A DNA stretch of 64,000 nt, from NCBI GenBank assembly GCA_036172245.1, contig JAYWIR010000010.1, positions 1,798,001 through 1,862,000 of the forward strand. The letters run 5' to 3'. The DNA comes from Raillietiella orientalis (lineage: Eukaryota). Below, piece by piece: positions 51,011 through 64,000 of this stretch (position 1 is the first letter of the stretch; every line of letters starts with the position of its first letter). The notes under the pieces were generated by a model. It searched no databases. It saw only the letters and a program-made list of their open reading frames with translations, and had not been told where the DNA came from. A program made the position numbers and the translations under genes.

Positions 51011-54000
51011 CGGAATGGGAGGTCCGATGTAGGATTTCAGGTACAGAGAAAGAGCAAAGTGGTTGGACAACGGGCCAGCGAGCTGATGCCGCGACCCGAA
51101 GTACCGCACTGAAGGGACTGTTGCGCTGGGGTGAGCTCCTGAGCATCCTTCGGGAAGTAATCGAGAGGGCCCCAGTGCTGAGGTATACAAAGGTGCTCAT
51201 AGAGTTAAGAGGCACGAGGAGACGAGCTCATCACTGCAGGTCGAAGCCTGGGTCAAGGAAACCACTCTTCCGATTACGCATCAAAAAGAATAGAAGAAAG
51301 CCGGGGACAGCAGCCAATATACCGGCAGCCTGCAATACAAACGAATTACTGAAAACACTTGCTTGTACCATCGGCAGGCGCCACCACTTCCCCCCTTCCC
51401 TGGTGCAATGCAATGCGTTGCTGCACGAAAAGAATCTGCAGAACGATGAAGAGACACAAAAGTCATTACGGAATGCGCCATTCTGCAGACAACGCGCCAG
51501 CGCCGAGTAGCGAGCTCTTGCACTATGCGAGAGGCGCAAGAAGCGTTCACGAAAGAAGGTTTCTATCGCTCACGCCCTGCAGCGAGGCACGGCAATTCCA
51601 AGCGTCCAAAGAAGCCCAAAATTAGACAGGCCGTCATGCAATGCCGCCGTTTTCTCCTAAAAAAAGATGGAACAAAAAGGAGCTGCTCATTTTACGACAA
51701 AGAGAGGGTTTTCTCAGCTGTTTCCGATCCCGTGCACCAATACGGACAGAGAAATCCATCCCTTCCTTCCTCAACTCGTGAATCCTTTTCTTCCACGCAA
51801 ACAGGGCTTTGGCGCTTGTCGGTTTTCCGGTCACCGTCTTTCGGAAGATAATATTGTTTCAGAAAGCATTGAAAACCACGGAAATGCAAAAAGGCGGGAA
51901 AAAAGGAGCCTTAGGTGAATACGCGCAGTCAATAGGAGCATGGAGACAACGCAGGACATCGTTCATGCTGGCGGCCTCGCTCTTTCAGCGCCTCCACATA
52001 ATTCCATGACAGAACGCTACTTTGGTGAGCGCCAGAAATGCACGTTGATCCACGCCAGAGGCGCATGCGCCTGGCCGCCTTCCCCTCTTTGAGCGTAACC
52101 ACGGAAACCCTTTCCATCAGAAAAAGAATCATGAACTTTCTTTAGGACAAAGCTATAAGCTGCTGTGTCATATGGGTTTTGTCGGTTGCGGATTCACAGT
52201 GATTACGCTTAGATTCCTGTACTGCCGCCCCACGGCTCCTTCTGCTAGACGAGGAGGCGCGAGAGTACCGCCCTTCCTGCCCTCCGTCCGTCGCCCAACA
52301 GCAGCTTTTTATTTCCCGTTTCACGGAACGGTGAGCTTACGCATATTCGTGCGTGCCCCTCCCTCACCCCTCATCCTAAGTCCCCCCATAGCCCCATTGT
52401 TCTCTGCCTATCCCCTCCCTGGCAGACGTTCCTTGCCGCCTGGAGAGAACGCCCCACCTCGTATCGAGACCAGGTAGCGGAGGCCGGGGCGCCTCCTCAG
52501 CATCCAGCCGAGGAACTCGGCAGCTGATCGGTGAGAACACCTCCACCGTAACACCAGGAGAGCAGGAACACCGGAGAAAGAGGGGCGCGCCGGCCGACGT
52601 GGGCGGCGCTGGCATGGCGCGCTCCCTTCTCCGCCACAAGTAAATTCGGTGGCCACGGCTCTCTGCTGAGACATCACCACCAGCTGACAGATACGCCTCC
52701 TTCCTTATCCTGCCACTAGCCTGGCTGCCTTCTTTGCTTCCACCATTCCGTTACCCCTGTCGTCAGCAGATGTCGCCCATGGTGGCAAGGAAGTGAACCC
52801 CAACCATTCACTTAAAACTTTCTTGGCAAAGCTGCTGCCCTGCCTCTTTATTCAGCAGTGATGCTGTGCATCACTTCACCACAACGCGCCACTCGACCAA
52901 AGCAACGTTTATGTCAATTCCACTGACTGCCGCAAGGCAGTCGAGTTTGCTGGTTCCTGGAGCATTCCTGGAGCGATGTCACCCCGACAGTGCACCACGG
53001 ACGCGCCAGAGAAGCGTGGTCCACATTATGCAGCATCCGCACAGGACGGCTCAAAACGGGTGAGTGCAGCACACTTCTGGTGAGTGCTTTTGTTGAGCGA
53101 TTCTTGTAGAGTTAACCGTGCTCGGTGCTGCTGGGAAGCTGCAAAGGACGGGCGTTCCACCGCAAGAAGATGGCATGCTCTGAGATGGTGGCAGAACGGC
53201 AACTCGGTCGCAGCGATGCTCCAACCCTTTTTCTGCCGTGGGCGGACGGTTGGAAAAAGGATGCGGGGCATCCAGGTGCGCCACAATCCCTCGTGGTGTT
53301 CTCTGCGGCCCACCGGTGCACGCGCCCTTCAGTTGCCGTTACCGCCAGCAATGCACGCCTTCCTCTTCCCACAGACAGCATCCAGAGGATACTCCACTTT
53401 TACTGCATTGGTTTACTACCAGCAAATAAAGGAAACAGCTAGAGGAGAAGTTGCCCTTCTTGACGAATCCTGACATGTCCTTGCTTCCGTTTTCCTTCCT
53501 GCGTAGTCCCTATCGCGTACTGCTTTAAGTACAGAATTCTTTCAGGATCGTCTGGACACGGGATGCCGCCTTCCTGCATTCGCTCGCATCTTCGAGTCTT
53601 CCTCTTGTAAGCGTGGAAGACTGAGTCCAGATGTGGACATTGCCTATTGGGAAGCCACTTCCCGTTTCCATATTCAAATGTGATCTTGATGATCCTTTTT
53701 GCTTCAAAGATACCGTCGTCTTAACGTTCTCACTTTCCTTTTATCATCTTCACGCCGAGTGCACACTTTTACTTATCTTGTCGGTTGTACTCTAACTCAC
53801 CCGCTCACTGTCTCCATTCTTTGTGCTGGAACTTTTGAGTGAAGTTTGAACTCCATTGAATGAAACCCAATGGAATGAACGCAATCTATACTGTGCTGAA
53901 AATCCAGGATGCAGAAATGAATAGCACTTCTTGCAGATTTTACTTTTTATGGATGGCAGGCTACAAAACAAGTAACAGTTGCCATTTTAGCACCAAAGTA

Positions 54001-55794
54001 CTTACATTTGGGTTTGCGATTTCTGACTACCAGATATCAAGCCATCACAGTATATGAAAGCTAGGCCGGAACTTCTTCGATCAGGCTGCGAAACAAGTTG
54101 TGCTAACTTCAAACAGAATGAACACTTTTGAATACACTTTCATGGGCAGAAACATAAAACAGTGTCTTAGCTACAGTGTTACAATTGGAATACACATACT
54201 CATAATAAAAACAGGCAGCTGATCAAGTGCCTGAAAACGCAACTGATGACTATAAAATGGCTGTTGCACTTATGGATTAAAGTATTTTCAAGGCATGCAA
54301 TTTGAAAATCGCAGTAGGGAAAATGTTGCAAACACAACCCTAATCTTTAGGGGATGCTAATACAATAACAAAAATTAAAACTTTACTCTGGAAATAAACT
54401 GTAACATAGAAATCCAAGTTAAGAAAATATCAGCCTGTTTTTATTATACTTTTGGCCACAACGTAAAAGCATGAAAGCATCAATGCACTAGAAACAACAG
54501 ATGCTATGCTATGCGTACATGAGAAAAGACCAACAAATGCTTTATTAATGCTTCCAACTTTTTTCGTGGCAAATTCAAATTCTGAGTGATTCTATTAGAA
54601 AAGAGCGAAAAGTTCAGTGCAACTTTAAACTTTACAACAAATGCATCCACATGTAGGGTCACACTTAAGTAGGAAATGCTGAATTCACTCAAGTTACAAC
54701 CCAGTTGACATGACCTGATTCGCACAATATTTGCTGTATCCAACTTTGGGGTTGAGGGCCTCACTGTATACATAAATACGCTATAGAGAATTCAACTGAG
54801 AAAATAAACTAAACTGTGTCACTTTTAACGAATACAAATTTCTTAACTACACGAATACGAACCTCAAACATAAAGCACCATCAAATAATTTTCAAAAACA
54901 ATTGAACAAACTCATGGTAACTGACGTTTCAAGAACACTTTCGTATACCTGGAATCAGTGATGAATACGCCTTTGCATGTATCTGTTCTGATTCTTTTTG
55001 CATCCTTTGGCCATCACACAAGACGCACTGAAAACAGGGAAAGCGTGGCCGAGCACCGGTTGGTGCGGCTCGCGGGCCACGTTCCGACTGTTTCACAGAC
55101 TTTCCGCATGCAACTCGGCGGCGCATCCCTCAGCACAGAAACGAACAAGGGTTACCAAATGCGGGCAATGCTCTTCGAGAAAACCAGGAGCAAGATGACA
55201 AAGCGAACCAAACAACATCATCCAAGTTTCTGAAAACACTCTTTGTTACATAGTTATGTTCCAATATCGCAGCACGTCACGTAAATATATATCGACACTT
55301 CACGATTGTTCTCGATTTTCGATTGCACGAAAGAGAAATTCTACATTTGTAACAAAAAGATCATTGTGACTCTTTCGTAAAGATGCCATCGTGTTCTCGG
55401 AACTTCTTCTGTCAATTCGGAAGCTGAGCATACATGATCATCTGCTTGAAGGCCATGTCATTCGCAGTCAGGTTTTCTCTTTTTAATGAGAGATGCCAAA
55501 ATTCAGCACTTATACTTCAATCCATGTTTTAAACTGTTGATGAGCTTTTAGTAAGCTGCGAGTATTTCCGAATTGTCAAACGCTAGAACTTCCAAGTTTC
55601 TTGAATCTCATACGAGGACTTGCAAGTAGGTAATTTATCGCAACCTTTGGATGGATGCTTATATCGTAAATAAAATTTATGGTTTTCGGGATAATTTACA
55701 GATATTTCAAAGCGCTTCGTGCACAGGATTCAGTTGGAATGTTGACATAAACATACAGTATAACATTTCAAAAGGTTGCACACCCGAAATGAAT
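51011..55794 (+). repeat. Segmental direct duplication, copy 2 (~4.8 kb)
   Basis: Near-identical to 40013-44848 except for several indel-rich patches. Confidence 0.97.
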
Positions 55795-55943
55795 GATTGA
55801 ACCCCTTGGATTCAGACGCAGCGGACACTGCCTCTTTCCATTAAAACTGCACATGTGACAGGTCATTATGCGGGGGAGAGACGGGAAACTGATCTCCTCC
55901 TCTGTACCAAGTACGGCGAAGCACCGATGCGATGAAGCATCAT

Positions 55944-56921
55944 GGGATGGGGGGGGGGAGAGAAGGGGGGGGGATGTATATCGAATCCCCACAAACACTG
56001 AGGCTGCGAGACACCGATGGAGGTGTGTGCCGGGTGTGCGCGTAGAGCACACTTTGGGACGACTTGCACACGCCCTGCGGTAAGGTGGAGCTTTGCTTGC
56101 CAAAAAAATAGGAGGGTTTTTTTTTTTTTTTAAAATAAAAAATAAAAACAAAGAACAAATTCCAGCTTGCAGCTGGGTACGCAGAACGGGAAGAGAAAAT
56201 TTTAATTACGGTCACCAGTGACTGCCTTGCCAGCGCCCAGTCCCTGCCGGCGTACGTGACTGGCATCAGCAGAAAGGATCATAAAGGAAGGTAAACGCTC
56301 GCGTGGAAGCCGTTTGAATCCGCTTGAAACGAAAATTGCACCCAACTTTTTCGGGAGCAGCGCTAGCTCGGAACGGAAGGTCCACCAGCAAGAAAGAAGT
56401 GATTTCCTCCCTCCCTCCCTCTCTCTCTCCCGGGAGCGCGCGCGCGCGCGCGCGTTCGTTCTCATGCGAGAGGAATGTAAGGGAAAATAGAGAGCAGGAA
56501 AAACTTTTGGACGGAGCGAGGGAATGGCGCGCCCGATTCTTCGAGCAGGGGGATATTCCGTGGCGCACCCTTTCAGCCACTGCTCCCGGTCCACGGGGCG
56601 ACCACGCGGCGGGGGCGGGTGCCGCCTGCACCCGCCGGACCCGACACGGCTTTCGAAAGGAAGAGAGCTCGGCGGATCCATGCGGCGGCGGCGGCGGCGG
56701 CGGACCCTGCGAAATTGCTCTGCTGCCATTGTCCCGAGATCTTCCTCCCCCCTTCCGCAGCAGCCCATTCTTCGGCACGAGCATTCGGAACAACGGGTGC
56801 CTTCCCGCCGGCTCGCGTGGCTCGTGCCACTCCGGCGGAGGAATAAAAATAATTCCAACGGAAACGAATGGACGTCCGTGGTCCCCCATTTCCCTTCTTT
56901 TCTCTCTCTCCCCCTCTCTCT
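55944..56921. repeat. Simple-repeat-rich CpG island: G tracts, T/A tracts, (CCCT)n(CT)n, (CG)n at 56436-56454, (GCG)7 at 56682-56702
   Basis: Read directly; very high GC and CpG density at 56400-57100. Confidence 0.85.
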
Positions 56922-57052
56922 CTGCGCACTTCGCATCACGTCTCACGGACCAGGAAGAACAGCTGCACCTCCAGCAGGATCGCCTTGCGAACGGTAGCGT
57001 TTGCTTGCAGGAAACTGGGCACGCGGGCGAACAGCAAGCAGACGGGCCCGGA

Positions 57053-60000
57053 GTCACGGCGGCGGCTGCTGTACTGCTTCTGTAACAACTTCTGCCTCCA
57101 GGAAACAGTCGTGCATCGTGGCAAGGGAGCTGAGCCTGGATTGAACCTCCCACGCGGCAATGATGCCTGAGGGAGCTTCTTGGGCACGCAGCATGCCAAG
57201 AAGGTGGAAGGTCTCGTGAGAGTTCAACTCCAGGAAGAAAGACTTGGGTGGTTGATCTACAGCGAGCTCGCAGGTACCAAGTGCCCTACGTCTTCGCAGC
57301 CGCGAGCTCTTGGCTATTCCCCGGCGAGACTACCGATGGTCCCCAGTCCTCCTGAGAACACTTACATCTTACCTTTTTGGTTACGTATTCGGCGATTCTG
57401 CTGTTGCACTGGGATTGTTTCTCTTCGAACCCCCTCCGACTTCACTGGACCCGGGTTGTGTGGGAGCCCCAACTAGAGCCGGCACGGAGAGCGCGGATCC
57501 GCCCGCAGCTGAATGCGGATTCTGTGGCTCTCAGGCTTCCTGCTGGTTAAACTTTGTTGTGCCCACCCTTGGGATACCGGGGATACAATTGCAGGAGCGT
57601 TTGGAAGTGATGCATCTACCGCCAGCCGCGTCCCTAGCAGCTCATTGCGGCTAGAGCCGGATCGTGGCGGCCTGCGGCGACGCCTGGGAGACACGGACGC
57701 GCCATCGTTCCGCGTGGCCATTTGCTTCCCACGAAAAGCATTAAGATGGTCCCAGCTGGGAAGCGTTCAGCAACACCCCGCCGGCACCTTAGGAAAGATG
57801 CAGAGGAACAGGCAGCGATCCCTTCCAAGCGTCTTCCCCCCATTTCTTCCTATTTGCTTTTTCATTTTCTCCCCGTTCTTGCTTGTCCTTCTGCAATTCT
57901 GCCAAGGACCAGCGAACCTGGCGAGTCTGCGCACATCCTTCGCGGCATTGCTTCCACCACCTCTGTTAGTTCATTTTCCACAATGGCATGTCGGCACGAG
58001 TCGACCGACATCATGAGGACTGAAGCGAATCCGGTTGGCAGCTGGATGCTGCGTGCCACAGGGAAGAGGGCATTCAGGCAGAAACCACGAGATCGATCGC
58101 CGATATTCTATTTTGGAGTCATCCAAGCGATCTGACTATCGGTGGACATAGTCTTCCACGCGGTGCGAAGCGCTGAACGAGTTCCTTTTCGTAGAAAAAA
58201 GTGGAAAATGTGTTCGGCTGTTTAAATGGGTGGACGGCATGCCCGGTTTGCATTCTCAATATGGGTCCGTCCAATCTTCTGACTGTTGCTGCCTTGGTCA
58301 GCTTTAAGTGGAATCAATCCTTCCAACACCTCTGTCAATTCATTTTTTACAATCAACGCCCCGGAGCACCTTCGGATAACAAGCAAGCTTTCGAATATGC
58401 AGGAAAGTTTCTCTTTGTGATATGTGGGATGCGGCCTTCTCGTGGTGCAACTCCGATGTTGTTGCCGTCCCTGTTCTGCTTTATTCCGGCGTAGCTTTTC
58501 TTTTCTTCGCAACAGCTCTGTGTAGGCGAAACAGAGCTGCAAATGTCGGGGCAGGCGACTCTGCACCAAGCGTGAGAGCGCGTCTCACCATGTCCTTGCA
58601 GATGTCCTTTTGCGATTGCAGAATGCTCCCCACATTCCCTCGAGGGCAACATAATGGAACAACGGGTGTAGGAACGCTTACCTTTCAGCTGACCGAACGG
58701 CCCACCATGGTGGAAAAGAGCTTTCTGCTATTGATGGTGGTGGATCCGTTCGGAAGTCGTTGCGCGATTCCTGCATTCATGCACGTGAGTTCAGAGAATT
58801 TCCCATTCGCTGACTGTCACCATACCTTCAAACTCTTTTATTGCTAACTTGTTACATTGAAACTTGCGAAAGAGTGAACCCCGGATGGACATTGGTCCTC
58901 CTGGCTTATCATCCGTGGAGTGGCGTGAGATTAGGTGTCCTCCTTCGTTTTGGCTACAGCATCGTGAGAGGGTTTCGCGACAAACAACTGGTTGTTCCTC
59001 TGAATGTGTCCATCTCAGCGGAACTTTGGTAATACTGCCCCAAAAGGAGGTTGAGTGGGTTTTCGAATGCAGAATACTCTTTCCGAAAGAGATCACCATG
59101 CAAAACGCTTTTCTGCTCCTTCTTCTTGGATTTCGCTTGCCCTCTTCTCACCCGCAAGGCCACTTGAGGCATGAAGAATTCTGACATGGAGGTCTCCCCG
59201 AGACACGGAGTTCTAACCAGGGTACGCCGGGGCATATTTTTTTACCGAAAGCCTATTGATAGGCTTTTCGATGCAAATGCTTATCGATGCTGGCCTCTTA
59301 TCAGGCTTTACGTTTGTGGGTGCATTAAAAAATTTGCTAATGATTTTGTACTTCTATGTCACGATTTTGTCATATATTATATGGCAATATAATAAAGGTG
59401 GAAATAGGCACTTACGAACCCACGGAATAGCAAAGAGTCGGTTGTTAGTGAGTGGCGACCTGAAACGTGGGCAATATATGGTGTTAATAAAAGGAAACAG
59501 CTACAGAGAAGTTGGAGAGGAGCGACACCCAGAGCCTTTCGTCGGCAGACTGGTGCGTTACCGATTCGCAGACCGGTGAGGTCACCACAGCAGCCGAGGG
59601 GAGGAAGACAAACAAAAAGAAAAGAAAGAAACCAAAAATTCGATAAGTAAATTTGGGAGGCGAGTGCGGGAAGGGATCACTGTCTGCTAGAGGCGGTCCT
59701 TTGCATCCTCCATAGGATTCCGTCAAAGTCTTGCTGTATGGAGATGAGAACTGGAGGGCCATCTCGTTGCCATCCTCAATACTCTACGTCAAAGTGGATG
59801 GCATCCTGTTGCTTCGTTCCAGGCAGAGACGATCCCGCGTAGGCAGCCTAGGGAGGGTAGCGAGGCTGCCACCCGAAGTGCTTTGCGAACGAGCTACGGT
59901 TTTCGAGCTTCCCTGGAGCTGCCTAAGGAGGTTACTAGGGTCGCGGCAAGGCGTTCCCAGAAAAGCCAGAGAGTAATCCAGTCCACTAGCAGCTGCGGAA

Positions 60001-63000
60001 GGGATTCGCGTTCCCCGCACCTCCACAGCTGAGGTCCCCACACCTGAAGTCCTTGTCCAGTGATGCCGGCGAGTGCTGGATAGGAGTGGCCCCACTGCAA
60101 CAGCATTGGCGCCGTCTCCTACCACTTCAGTGGGTGGATCCGTGTGTCCAAAAGCTCTGAAGAAAACTGCAGATCCAAGGGCGAAAGCGCTACCCATGGT
60201 GCATGCAAGGCGTGCAGCACAATTCCGCTGCTGACGCCCTCCTCCTTCTTCGCCAACCGTTGTCGACACTGCAATCGAGCTGCGTGTTGCGGAAAGAGCC
60301 GCACCTCCAACCAAGCTGCATGTGGAAAGCGAGGAGCTTGCAGCTCTCTGCGACTCGAGCCGCTTTCCTACTGTGCATGCGGACGTCAATCTTTTGCGCA
60401 TTCCTTCATTTTCCTTTGGACTGCTCCCCAAATGCCAGACACCGTCGCAAGTACTTTGCTTCCAATGTCCAGGCACGTCCGACAACATTTCAAGTTTTGG
60501 AAAGGTTGCAATGCTTCCAAAATTACTGTACTTCAATGTCTTTTCGATTTCGTTGTTCATCTAGTGGAAATGAGAAAACAATTCAGGTGCCAGGGGGCTG
60601 CCACAGTGAATGTTATCGGTATGCGAGGCATTCGTGAAGAAAACAAAGGCTGATCTTTGTACTTTCTTTTGCATGCAACTCCCATGCAGGCAATCCAGGG
60701 CGGATCCATGTGGGTGTCGTTCTCTTGCGTTCATACAACCGCATTGCATCATCTCCTTGACTGCTCTCCAAATGCCAGACACCATTGTAAGTACTTTGCA
60801 ATGGTTGTTTGCAACTCGATGAATTTGTGTTGAATTTCTGAATTCAGTTGGAAACCTGAAACCAATTGCGAATGAAAGTGTTTGCGTCGAATTTCTTGCT
60901 CGGCGCAGCATAGAGTTCTTGTTCCGGTTCTTCTCCCCTGAGGTTTGCACCCATGCATATGTATTTGAGAAATCTGATGTAAACCTAATGCAACCGTCGT
61001 GAAAACTTCTATTCTAGAGCGAGGCCGAAGGAAGTGTTGGAGGAAAGTGTTGGGAGACATGCCCGGTCGTTTCACGGAACTTCTATCACGGGGGGTACAG
61101 AAACCGAAAAGGAAAGTCGAAATCAACTAGGAAACAAAGACAGGGTCTTTTGTTATGCCTTTTTCTCCATGAACACCGGAAACAGTCTTAAACGGGCTCA
61201 CTCGACAGGAAATAATTGTATGGAAAGGATGGCGGGTCAAGGATCCCCGGGCTCTCTTTCCATTCCACGGATGGGGGGTTGAAACTGCAGGATTTTGGCG
61301 TTCTTCTGCTTGACTTCCACGTTCAAATGTGGTATTCTTTTTCATGTAGACAGCTTCGATGTTTATGGTGGTTTCGGTTCTCTGCGCTCGAGACTCCAGT
61401 AAATGACGGGCTACGCAAAATCGCAATACGTCTGCGCTATCACGTCGCCTATCTCGCTCCACCTTTCTCCAGCAATCGCCGCAAGGGGTCCGTCGGAACG
61501 TCTTTGGTGTGCTGCATTGGTGCCACCGTTCTGCCTCCGCGAAGGTTTCTAGAAGGGACTGTGGTTCAACAAGAGGCGATGCGAAAACGATTCAAGCGCC
61601 ATACTCTTCAAACAGTTCGAGAAGACAACGCTTCCTTCGCGCCAATGGACGCGCACCGTGATGATGTTTCCTAACGCGCCAAGGACGTCGTGATCGGAAA
61701 AACTGGCGTCAATAGCCTGAAGCTGGAGGTCGACGGCCTGATCTTCCATAGTAGGGAAAACCGATTTTGAAAGGCGTGCGTAGAGCGCATTGAGTAAGCT
61801 CTGCCGTTTTACGGCATCACGAGAAATTCAGGATCTGTCCTTTGAGCTCGCTTGCGAGCTCCCGGCTATGTACGCGTTCGCCGCTGGTCTCTGTTTCGCC
61901 ACCATTGCCACGGCAACATCCCTCCACATGCAAGGAGTAGGACGAAGGACTTCTTCGTTCGTCTCCTTTTAGCCTTTTAGGCTCCCATCTTGCGAAGCGA
62001 GGTGTTTCGGTACCTGACTGGTGTTGGTGGGCACGGTTCCAACATGGAATGGCTCTTTACTGCACTTGGAAAAAAAACTCTCCACTGCGAGTCAACGGAG
62101 CACTGCTTGTCAAGAACGTGCCTTTACGCGGAGCGCGCGAAAGTCAACCGGCGTGCGTCTCCTGCCTCGTTGGGGGCACCATCAGGAAACGCTCGCGATA
62201 CAGAGATGGAAGGAAATCCCTCAAACACAGCTGTTCTTTTTTACCTTCCAACTCCTTTTCCTTTCGAGTTTCTCTCTTTGTTTTGGGATGTTGTTGAGTG
62301 CCTCCTTACAGGAGTAGGGAAGAGGGGACTCACGAAGCGATAGTCCCCAATGCTGCCCATGCCACCCGAAGGCGTGTTCCACGCTTTGAGTTTGGCAGTA
62401 CCCCAGAGGGAGGACCCTTTGAAAATCCCAGATGGCTTCATTCTTCTTACACTTCCTAATGGAAAACTTCGTAGGAAACCATCCGCTTAATCTGAATCCG
62501 AAGGGGAAAGGGCTGCTTGTTTTGTCTCCGCAGAGAACCCTCTAGGGAAGCGCATCTTCTTTTCTCCGCTGAAGGGAACCCCGAAAGGACTCCTCCGCAT
62601 TTCTCCGTAGGATCGCCTTCCGAAGAAAGCAGTGCACTTATTGCGTCTCTGGAGAAGCTGCGGAGGTATCCATCAACTTTGTTCATTCCTGGAAAGAATT
62701 CCCCATTTACCCCGGAGCGGCATTACCAATTCCCAATTCCCTGCGATTCCCAATGTCGGCTAGTGAACGAGTGCATACGGTTTCCGGGATTCACCAGTGC
62801 CATCGTACCCGAATAGACCCATTGGAGTCATCCTGGAGGGCGGACTTCGAGCCCAAGAAGCATTCAGTTTCCAGCATCAATCTTTCCTCCCGGTGGGATT
62901 CGAACTCGCAACGCTTCGTACCACGCACGGAGACCGCAGCCAAGCGGCCTCCGAAGCAGACGGACGATGATCACTTCCTTTTAACCAGAACAATTTTTGC

Positions 63001-64000
63001 ATGAAGTTTTTTGTTTTTCTTATCTCTTTTTCTCCCCTCCCTTCCCCACCTGCTCCCCACCCTCCTGCCCTTCTCCCTTATTCCTCTCCGTTGCCGTTGC
63101 AGACCACGTGTGCATGGCCCAAGCAGTGTTCCACTCGACCGAAATCAGTCCAACAAGTCCCATCCTCGGCGCGATCGAGCGATAATCCCGTTCTTGCAAC
63201 TCGAAGGCTTGAATCGTTCCCTCGGCCGGAGGGGGAAGCTGCGTCTCACTGACAGTAGCCATCTCGCGCCTGCGCGCCTTGGAGAGGCGACTTGCGTGTG
63301 CATCGCGCGCGCCTGGACCACCGAGTCGAACCTTACGAGTTCGAAGCTGGACAGCTTTGCGCTCGAGGCGCTTTCCGCTATGCGGTTCGCAGTGCTCGCG
63401 TAAAGGCAGCACCATCAAATCGCTCGAACAGAGGGAATCGCATGCGCACGGCCTCGGGAAGCGGCCACGCGACAGTACCGGAAGTCCAACCACGGTGACG
63501 ATGTTGCCAGATTGCCCTGGAAAGCACCAACCGACGATCACGTTGCAAGCTGGCCAACGGTCACATCGTGCGATATGGCCGTCAACGAAGCTGGGAAGTG
63601 ATTTAATCGTTTTCAAAACTCCATTCGTTTAGCGAGAATGATCCGAGCCGCCGTCACTCTTTTTCCGCAGATGTCCCGCAGATTGCTTGAACGTCCTGAA
63701 GGAGTGCTTGTACCGGATGTTAGGTTGCCGATCATGCGAAAGATCGGCCTCGTCTGAGGCATCTTCTGCTTTCAACTGCGTTCCGTTATCTCCGTTGGAA
63801 AGGGACGCATCCTTGAGACGAGGCGTGCTGCAGTGTTCGCTGGCTTCCTCATAAATCGGCCCTACGGCCGGCTGACTCACTATCCCCGCTTCTTCAATAT
63901 CGTCGATTGCTATCTCGTGCCTAAGAAGAAGCAACTTGCAAACGTACTTCCGAACCAAGATAGTCTGGCAAAGACGTTTCCAAGGGGAAACAGGCTGAAC
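57053..64000 (-). other. Unassigned coding-like sequence: possible multi-exon gene or pseudogene for a disordered protein
   Basis: Series of minus-strand Ser/Gly/Glu-rich ORFs (e.g. 59784-60560, 61549-61749, 62456-62686, 63629-63958) and two frame-consistent internal peptide repeats; no recognisable domain. Confidence 0.3.

Noticed and set aside
40013..55794. Duplicated blocks as LTRs of a giant retrotransposon
   Set aside because: No TG...CA ends or target-site duplication were seen, and the interior resembles a non-LTR fossil with no gag, protease or integrase.
62888..62955. tRNA T-loop/B-box-like GAGTTCGAATCCC on the minus strand
   Set aside because: The T-stem pairs poorly and I could not build an acceptor stem, D-arm or A-box. 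At most a SINE remnant; tRNAscan-SE would settle it.
1..64000. Prokaryotic systems (operons, CRISPR arrays, defence islands, prophage)
   Set aside because: The genes are intron-containing animal genes; no regularly spaced repeat-spacer array or bacterial-type ORF run was seen.
38260..64000. Numerous overlapping 60-300 aa ORFs on both strands
   Set aside because: Expected from high GC and low stop density. The F/S/L-rich ORFs at 39312-40114 are antisense shadows of the K/E-rich ORF.

Overview
This is eukaryotic (invertebrate animal) genomic DNA, not a prokaryotic locus, so the ORF track is mostly exon fragments and noise. Motifs in RTF1 and the astacin look arthropod/crustacean-like, but the taxon cannot be fixed from the sequence. 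The left ~26.5 kb is AT-rich and CpG-poor. It holds a compact cluster of spliced housekeeping genes with mostly 40-50 bp introns: PUS7 (5' truncated), prefoldin 2, endonuclease G, a PKNOX/PREP TALE homeobox gene, RTF1, a mitoregulin-like microprotein and BAG1. Two tail-to-tail pairs have stop codons only 21 and 24 bp apart. The right ~37 kb is much more GC- and CpG-rich. It contains decayed retroelement fossils, an astacin-EGF-CUB metalloprotease and a divergent cyclase-associated-protein (CAP) paralogue apparently lacking its C-terminal domain. It also has a ~4.8 kb direct segmental duplication flanking an L1/Tx1-like fossil, a simple-repeat-rich CpG island and unassigned minus-strand coding-like sequence. 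The most notable single item is the mitoregulin-like small ORF. All gene models and homologies were read by eye; no searches were run.
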